NCBI RefSeq assembly: GCF_018977255.1
Contig: NW_024704742.1
Coordinates: 38,938,001-38,998,000 of the forward strand
Source of the DNA: Callorhinchus milii
Lineage: Eukaryota
Reading direction: 5' to 3'
Length of the DNA: 60,000 nt
Shown here: positions 52,160-60,000 of the stretch, one piece after another
Layout: the number at the start of each line of letters is the position of its first letter
How positions within the stretch are numbered: position 1 is the first letter of the stretch
Notes under the pieces: model-generated
The model's input: only the letters and a program-made list of their open reading frames with translations
Database searches by the model: none
What the model was told of the DNA's origin: nothing
Made by a program: the position numbers and the translations under genes

Positions 52160-54759
52160 TCTCCAAGATGTTATTCTGCATGAAGGGCACTACATAAATG
52201 CAAATTGTTGTTGTTATTATCTCCTCCTGATCAACCCAAGAAACTGCTTTCATTTTCGTCACCTGGGTGGAACCAAAGGAAAATGCTGAAGAGAAACAGT
52301 TTTAAAACTTAAAACAAAAAAGGAAAAATGTAAACCTGCTAAAAAATTTTAAATAGTTTTCAGACTGTGTTTCTCTCTGTGCATCTGGTGCACTTCCACC
52401 CAGTAATAATAATCAATAATAATAATAATCCTTGCATTTGATATAGCGCCTTGTCACATCATTGAGAGTCTCAAAGCGCTTCACAGAATATACTGTAAAG
52501 TGAATTGACTGTATAATTTGTCTGCAAAATGAGAGACTTCTGTTGCAGATCTTAATATAGAGGGCCAGACAGACAATGAAAGGGCACATGTCTATAGCCT
52601 CTTTTTGTATTAGAGAATTTCACTTTTAAAACATAAAATCTCTCAAATTATTTATAATAATCCTTGCATTTGATAAAATTTAAAAGTGTTAAGGCATTTT
52701 ACAGATACAGTCAAATATAGAGGCTTTTGTAGGCTTTTGGGTTGTTTTGAGACATGTGTGAACGACAGATTTGTATCTCTGCGCTTTGAGATGTCTTCCC
52801 GATGTAAAAGGCGCTATATCAAATGTGAGGATTATTATATAATTAATTAGATGTTTATTTATTGATCCAGAATTTCTGGTGGAATGGACCCTTCAGTTGC
52901 ATTCAACAAGTTCTCAAACATTGGGCTCTAAATTGCTGTGGTTTGTAATGGGATTTGTTGATGATGACTGTGAATTGCAGATAGTGACTCCTTCAGGAGT
53001 ACGTTACACTGACAGATAGGAACTCCACTCCGAACCACTTTAGCATTCCTTTGGGTCATTGTGACATACTTCCGGCTCTGGAAGCAGATTTTATTTGTCT
53101 CTCAGGATCATTATTAATGACGTGTTAAGAATAGCCGCAATGCAAAATTTATTAAATTAACTTAACAGTCATTTACAGGCGAGTGCAATTCCTCAGGAGC
53201 AAAGACTTTTACAAAAGATTTTTTTTTGCCAAAATGAATTTATTAAATTTCCTTTGGCAGGTAAATATGTTTTATATTTATAAATGTCCTAAACATCCGG
53301 ATGTTTATTTAGTACCTACCAAAAGCATGTATTGAGGTAATCTGACCGTACCACATCAAATTTCTTTGAACACCAAGGTGTGACTCATTGGCATTTATTG
53401 CTTGCTCTTTATAATAAACAACATAACAATAACTTTACACAGCAGGGCGATTCTTATAGACAGACGGCTTTATAAACTGTAGACACTTGGGTGAAAGTAC
53501 AGCTTCTTATTTTTCATTTGAAAAGAAATCCTGAAGACTTCCCTCTTCCCTGCTGCTTTACGACATCCAGCGGTTTCAAGGCCCCTTTCCTCAGCTTTTC
53601 AACTTTCTTGCAAAATTGTTGGGTTTCCTTCTGTTGAGTGCAAAATAATGTGTACCATATGAGTCTCTCGCCGTCTCATACCAGAAACCATGCCCAGAGC
53701 AGACCCAAGCTCTTTGTACCACACATTTCTCACTTTTAGCTAAAAAGCTGTGGTCATAAAACCTGTCATAAAAAATGTGCAGAACCTAACCCTGAAAAAA
53801 ATATTAAAAGTGGCTTCTGGGCCCGCTGGAACGAAATGCAAACATGCTGCTAGATTTAAGATTCGAAAAGTCCTCTTTTACATCTGATATGAAATCTCTG
53901 ATTATTTTTTCTGCATGTGGTCATGAATCTCAGAAAACAGTGCTAAATGATGCAATTTTAGGCAATACAACCCCACTTATAGATAAGGCTGGAAGCTTTA
54001 CAACTAGCACAAGAAATCTCGTTTTGGGGCTTGTCCAGGTTGCTGAACTTGAGTTGTTGAACCCTGAACCGGAGGAAACTTAATATTAACACAACTGATC
54101 GGGTAAGACTGGAAAAAAAACATTTTCACAAAATTGAATAGTCAAAATTAGAATTGCAGATAGGGCTGATAATGACAACTGACACTTTCCACCCCCAGCC
54201 TCAACTCTCCATCCCTGCATCAATCTGGTTGAGAAAGAATAGAAGGTTATAAGTATAAATCATGATGGTCAAAGCTGTGGTAGTTCCTCAGATGCTGGGA
54301 GTGTGGAAATACAATGCCAAGGAAGGCAGCTGCTCAAGGATAATAGCATAGGCTGCAAAACTGGCTAGAAATTCTGGATATTTGCCAGAGATAGAATGAG
54401 TTTGGTAAAAGTCCACATGAGCTGTGGAATGAAACATGCTTCTTGATGAGCCAAATAGCCCTTTCTTGTACCTTCTTATATATTCTTACAATCCTGTGTG
54501 TTATTTTCAATCTTTGATGGGCACCTATCCTTCATTGACAGTGAATATTGAAATGTTTCTCCTCAAAATGTATTAACAAATCATGTGCACGAAAGTAAAG
54601 CTCAATGCAAAATGCATAGAAAGTAAACCCAGTACGATACTTTCAGATAGAGCAAAGCAGCATGACAGCAGGGCAAAAATTAAGATTGTGAAAGATAATT
54701 CTAGAATAGACATCAGGAAATATTTCTTTACACAGGCAATCAATATTTGGAACAGTTTA

Positions 54760-55086
54760 TAATAATAATAATAATAATAATCCTTGCATTTGATATAGCG
54801 CTTTTCACGTCGGAAGGACGTCCCAAAACGCTTCACAGAACACACTGTAAAGTGAATTGACTGTATATTTGTGGGCGAACGCGGCAGCCAATTGCGCACA
54901 GCAATGTCCCACAAACAGTCGTAGATTGAAAATGACCAATTTATTATTGTTTTTGTTTTTTTGGAGGGATTATTATTAGGCGTGTGGAGTAAGGAAACTT
55001 GCCCAAGGTTTCGCCCTGCCTGGAATTGAACTCAGGTCACTCACTTGCAAAGCGAGTGCTCTAACCACTGAGCTACAGGACTCCAC
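54760..55086 (-). mobile_element. Young SINE, full length, inserted in an old + strand CR1 remnant (~54670-55240)
   Basis: TSD agttta at 54754-54759 and 55090-55095. The flanks join into a CR1-like FFTQ...IWNSLP...FKK sequence. Confidence 0.95.
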
Positions 55087-56980
55087 GGGAGTTTACCGGG
55101 AAGGGTTCTAGAAACAAGGACACTAAATACATTTAAAAAACAGGTGAATGCTGTAATGAGAAGTAGGTGGGGTGTTTTCTGGAAGCATGAGATTGAATCG
55201 GTCGAGGGGCTTTCTTTATCTGAACTTCTCTCGTGATCCATTTTCCATATCTCTCCAATATTCTGATAGACCAGGATGAAGAAAAATCAGTGATTCACTT
55301 GAACTGTCCACCTGTTCTGAGTCACCTGGCCTAGTAAGCTCTTCTTAGTCCTATTGGCAGCTTCCTCCTTCCAGTGGTGAGAGCAGTAAGAGCGGAACAG
55401 AGGAACAACCGTACAATGGGTCTTATTGTTTTTGTGTTATTTGTAATATTTCTCCCTGTTGTGTGCCAACATTCCTTGTACTAAAGAGGATTATAAACCC
55501 AGTGCATGTATATGACTGTGCCTTCGGTAACCATCCTATCCCTACCCTCCCTGCTGTCCAACCCCCTGATCTCAACCCTCATACTCTGGTCCAAATCCCT
55601 ATTGTTCCAGCGTCTTGGGACGACCTTCCGACATGGAAGAGCTATACAAATATAATTTATTGTTACATGTATGCTAAGGAAGTGTAGCATTAAAAGATCC
55701 ATAAATGGTATTTTAGGGAATAATTATTGAAGTTACCCATGTTTTTGTAAATACAACTCGCATTTATATTTGCATATTATCCTTTTCACGCAGGATTGTG
55801 TCTCAGAGCATTGCAGAGTAGTGGTTTTGGATCCTGAACAAAGAAAGGGGAAGGAGGGGGTGATAATAGATGTAGTCAAATTGGTACGTCTTAAAGTTGA
55901 ATTTACAACAACACCTTGCACTTATATAGTGCCTTTCACGCAGGGTAGCGTCTCAGAGCTCTTAAAGGATTTAAAGATAGATAAGGAGTGGGCAAGGCAA
56001 CAACAACAACAGCTTGCATTTATATAGTGCTCTTCATGCAGAGCCCTTGACAGTGGCGGAGTCTAACCAGAAGGATGGAGGCAAAGAATTCCAGATATAA
56101 AGGGCATAGTGGTTGAAGGCTTGGTCACCAATTGTGGTGCAGTCACCAGTAGAGTTAGTTAGGATGGAGCTGAAGTATTTAAATCAAGAGATGATTGTAC
56201 ATATTAGATCAGTATGGCGTGATAATGATACTAGTACTTGCATTTGCTAGAACGCAAAAATACCCCAAGTATTTGCATTTTATTTGCATACTTGAAAATG
56301 CAAATATTTGCAGGGATCAGTCCTGATCCCTGACTGTTCAGCGCCTTGGGACGTCCTCCCGACGTGAAAGGCACTTTACAAATGCCATTTTGTTGTTGTT
56401 GTCGCTTTATCATGTCGTCGAGACATCTCAAAGGATATACTGTAAAGTAGATTGACTATTTTGTGGGCAAAAATGATAATATTATAATGATAATGTTAGT
56501 CTGGCTACTAACTACACTAATGGCTAATGTTAATGATATTAATATTAATGATATTACTTGTATGGCTACTTTTATCAACGATGAAGAATTAATTTTATCC
56601 CACTTTAAAATGCACTTCCATACTTCAATGGAATCACACATCAATTAAATTCCTTGGGGGAAAGTTGTTCCGTGACCAGTAATTTCCTACTTGTTAACTT
56701 TACTTCTGCTTTTCCTGTGTTCATAGGGGTTTACCAGGGGTTTGATTACTCAGTGATGTCAGGGGATGAACAATTATTACATAATAAGACATTCACAAAA
56801 CTCTTAATTAAGAATAGATTTATTAAGCAGTGGTCTTCAGGATGACACATGCCTCATTCCAGCCACAGAGGAATCCATCTACTCTTAAAAGCTTGTGCGC
56901 AACTCTGGATCTGTTATTCTGGTGCTGTGGTAATGGTATATGTATCAAACGGGCAGCTGAGGTAATACTACTGATGTCTT

Positions 56981-57416
56981 CGAATTCAAGATCCTCACCC
57001 TCAAGGCCATTCACGGCCTCGCTCCCTCCTACCTCTCCGACCTACTATCCCCCTACCTACCTGACGTACCCTCCGTTCCTCTGGCTCCGGTCTGCTCCAC
57101 ATCCCCCGCCCCAACCGTCAAACCATCGGTGGTCGGGCCTTCAGCCTCTCAGGCCCGAGGCTCTGGAACTCCATCCCCCAGTGCCTTCGCCGCTTCCTCC
57201 CTTTCCTCCTTCAAGGCCGGTCTCAAGACCTTTCTCTTTGACCGAGCCTTCAGCTCCCCTCTCGACTCTCTACCCCCTCCTCGCTCCCTCCCTTCCCTCC
57301 CCTCACCCTGACCATTTCCCCCCTGCTCGGGTCCTGACCCAACTGTACAGCGCCTTGGGACTTCCTCCCGACGTGAAAGGCGCTCTTAAATGGAATCTTG
57401 TAGTTGTTGTTGTTGT
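56981..57416 (+). mobile_element. Young L2 3' fragment
   Basis: Near-identical to 29912-30351. Confidence 0.93.
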
Positions 57417-58086
57417 CGTCCAATGCTTGCGAACTGAGAAAGCAGAGTTCTGCCTGTGTCTGTTTTAAAAACCTGCATGGAACTCTACTGAGTAACCTGA
57501 ACTGAGCTCTTCTCAGATAATGTGAGCAGAGTTTCTGAGGGTAGAATAAAGCTGGCAGAACAGATGACTCAAAGCAATGCAGCAAGCTGCCAAAGTAACT
57601 TTCAACCTGCAAGGAGATTGAATTTACCTGCTCACTATATGTGTGCAGTCTTCTGTAGGAATTGAAGGGATCCAGCTTCCATTGCATGCAAGGATTTGAA
57701 GATGTGCCAATGACACCCCATTAGTGGCCAACATCATTAATGCCACTACACGTAACACTGACTAGAAATTCATGGCTCACATTTAGTGAAATTGCAATCC
57801 ATTTCTGCATCAGTTTTACATAGAATGATTGGCACAGAGTCAGCTTTTTCAGCCTAACTAGTGTGTGCTGGTGTTTATATTCAACAAAGCCTCTATCCCT
57901 CTTGTTCCCTTCTCATATACTCACCATTTCCCTATGATCCTCTATTTCATCATTTTTTGGGGGTTTTGTTTTACCTTGGGCATTTTTTACCTGACTTTCT
58001 CTCCTGAGGAAGAAGGTACAGACTCACGCCAGAAGCCCTCCAGTGATCACTTACTATGCATGAGCTCAGAAGATTGACAGCCTATT

Positions 58087-58413
58087 TAATAATAATAATA
58101 ATAATAATAATCCTTGCATTTGATATAGCGCTTTTCACGTCGGGAGGACGTCCCAAAGCGCTTCACAGAATAGACTGTAAAGTGAATTGACTGTATATTT
58201 GTGGGCGAACGCGGCAGCCAATTGCGCACAGCAATGTCCCACGAACAGTCGTAGATTGAAAATGACCAATTTATTATTGTTTTTGTTTTGGAGGGATTAT
58301 TATTAGGCGTGTGGAGTAAGGAAACTTGCCCAAGGTTTCGCCCTGCCTGGAATTGAACTCAGGTCTCTCACTTGCAAAGCGAGTGCTCTAACCACTGAGC
58401 TACAGGACTCCAC
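58087..58413 (-). mobile_element. Young SINE, full length
   Basis: Near-identical to the family; possible tattt TSD. Confidence 0.95.
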
Positions 58414-59042
58414 ATATTTGACTATATGATGGGCATCACAGCCAAGATTGGATCCTGCTCATATTTGATATACATAATGTTGACAATGTTCTCCCTATCC
58501 CAGCGTGCTGAGGCCAATGCCTGACTGTGCCTTTACTGCTGCCCTGGCTGCAATCAGTTGCCACAGCACTGATCAGGGGTGAAACTTGTGTCTTTCTCTC
58601 CATATGGATCAGTTTCAAATTAAGCAATGAATATATCAACTGACCACTGGGCGAGCCGAAGCCTCGTGGACTTGAGAAATGACACCGAAAAGACATTGGT
58701 TGTTTATATTCTGATGTAGAAAAAAAGTAGCAAAGTTGTAGTGAACAAAATCATTTGCGTTACTAATATTTGAAAACAATTCTCATGTAACCAAGGTGAA
58801 GGGGGAAGCTTCCCTCCAAGAGGGAGAGGAAGTCATTGGGCAAATCACAATCATGTGCATCCTGTTCATACTGGTTATAGAGTTCAATGGGCAGGTTAGC
58901 TGTCCGCTTGCTCTCTTGCTTAGATTGAGAACCATCAATGGGGTGGGGGGGGGGCAGAAGGTACAAGCAAAATTAAATTTCATAAAGACTGCTTGAGAAA
59001 ATCAAATAATTCACAATGTTAAATTGTTTTATTTCATTGCAG

Positions 59043-59069
59043 GGTCCTCCTGGTCCAAAAGGTGACAAG
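59043..59069 (+). CDS. COL25A1: 27-nt collagen exon GPPGPKGDK
   Basis: ttttatttcattgcag|GGTCCTCCTGGTCCAAAAGGTGACAAG|gtttgt, phase 0/0. Same peptide as recalled for COL25A1. Confidence 0.92.
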
Positions 59070-59189
59070 GTTTGTGAGAACAATAATTTTTACGGATTAT
59101 ATATATATATATTTTTACTGCAGCTTTTAATAAAGAAGTAGCATTATTTTTGCACCAATGAGAAATCAAATGTATGCTGTGTTTTTCAG

Positions 59190-59216
59190 GGTGATCAAGG
59201 AGACCAGGGCCCACGG
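59190..59216 (+). CDS. COL25A1: 27-nt collagen exon GDQGDQGPR
   Basis: gtttttcag|GGTGATCAAGGAGACCAGGGCCCACGG|gtaagc, after a 120-nt intron. Human COL25A1 recalled as GEQGDQGPR. Confidence 0.92.
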
Positions 59217-59254
59217 GTAAGCTTTGGATTACAATACGATTTTACTTTGTGTGA

Positions 59255-59260
59255 TGCATG
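59255..59260 (+). promoter_or_regulatory. Candidate RBFOX splicing element (TGCATG) about 40 nt downstream of the GDQGDQGPR exon
   Basis: The motif and its position fit an RBFOX inclusion enhancer, but it is a single hexamer. Confidence 0.35.
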
Positions 59261-60000
59261 AAATACCCTGTGTGTTCCCCAGTTAAATGATGGTCTTTTA
59301 CCAATAAACTTCTCAGTTTCAGCTATCACATAACAGTCCTAGCATATTCATATGGAATTAAATTGGTCACTCGGTGACTGTTTTTAAGGCATCACGGTGT
59401 ACAAATTGGCTGGAACGTTTGCCTACAAAATACATAGTCGTTATTATACTCTATTGTAAATCCTGTGAAGACATTTCAATGACATAATAAAACACTATCA
59501 AATACATGGATTATAATTTAGATGATATTAAAACATAAACAGCATCGCCGCAAGGTCTATGTAACTATGCAAGATCATCTTAGGCTGGTATAAATGGAGC
59601 AGCAGTACAAAGGTAGGAGCTTTTGTCAGGACAATCAGGAGTCGTATAAAGATTATAAATAACACACTGATGTCCAGGTTTGGAGTATCTCATAATATTA
59701 ATTTCAGGTATAGGTTAACATTTATAATTTTATAAGTAATATCACTTTGCCATGGGTGTACACCTCAACAAATGAGCAGTCTTTCCTTATATCTGAATGA
59801 TGTAAATAACCCTTTCTGATCACTCTATTTGATGTTCTAATTCTTTATGTGCATTGCTAGGCACCAAATGGATGCCTTTAATAGTAACGGTGTATCACCT
59901 CTACAGTAGTCAGTGGTGTCTCAACACAAAGGCTGTCAGAAGTTGCTGAAAATAAATGCTTGTTACGATGCCTATGTATACACATATAGAGGGTGCAAGG

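Noticed and set aside
56830..57468. 212-aa proline-rich ORF
   Set aside because: An alternative reading frame across a C-rich L2 fragment.

Overview
Vertebrate genomic DNA, AT-rich and dense in retroposons. The repeat set (tRNA-derived SINEs sharing a 3' tail with L2 LINEs, Deu-type SINEs, CR1) suggests a cartilaginous fish, possibly a holocephalan; this is an inference. The window appears to lie inside one + strand gene, a transmembrane collagen best matching COL25A1. Only four tiny Gly-X-Y coding exons are visible: 45 nt (3578-3622), an 8-nt microexon (13967-13974), and two of 27 nt (59043-59069, 59190-59216). They splice in frame to (G)PPGKRGRRGRNGEP-GPP-GPPGPKGDK-GDQGDQGPR. The rest is intron (about 10 kb and 45 kb) holding six near-identical young SINEs, older Deu- and CORE-like SINEs, 5'-truncated L2 and CR1 fragments and a few MITEs. 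Most supplied ORFs are spurious or TE-derived. Main points of interest: the 8-nt microexon, an apparently missing GQPGPQ exon, candidate recursive splice sites (one inside an unexplained 80-bp inverted repeat), a mosaic SINE, and a SINE/L2 3' hairpin with a compensatory base-pair change. I see no evidence of a wholly new gene system. Boundaries of old repeats are approximate.
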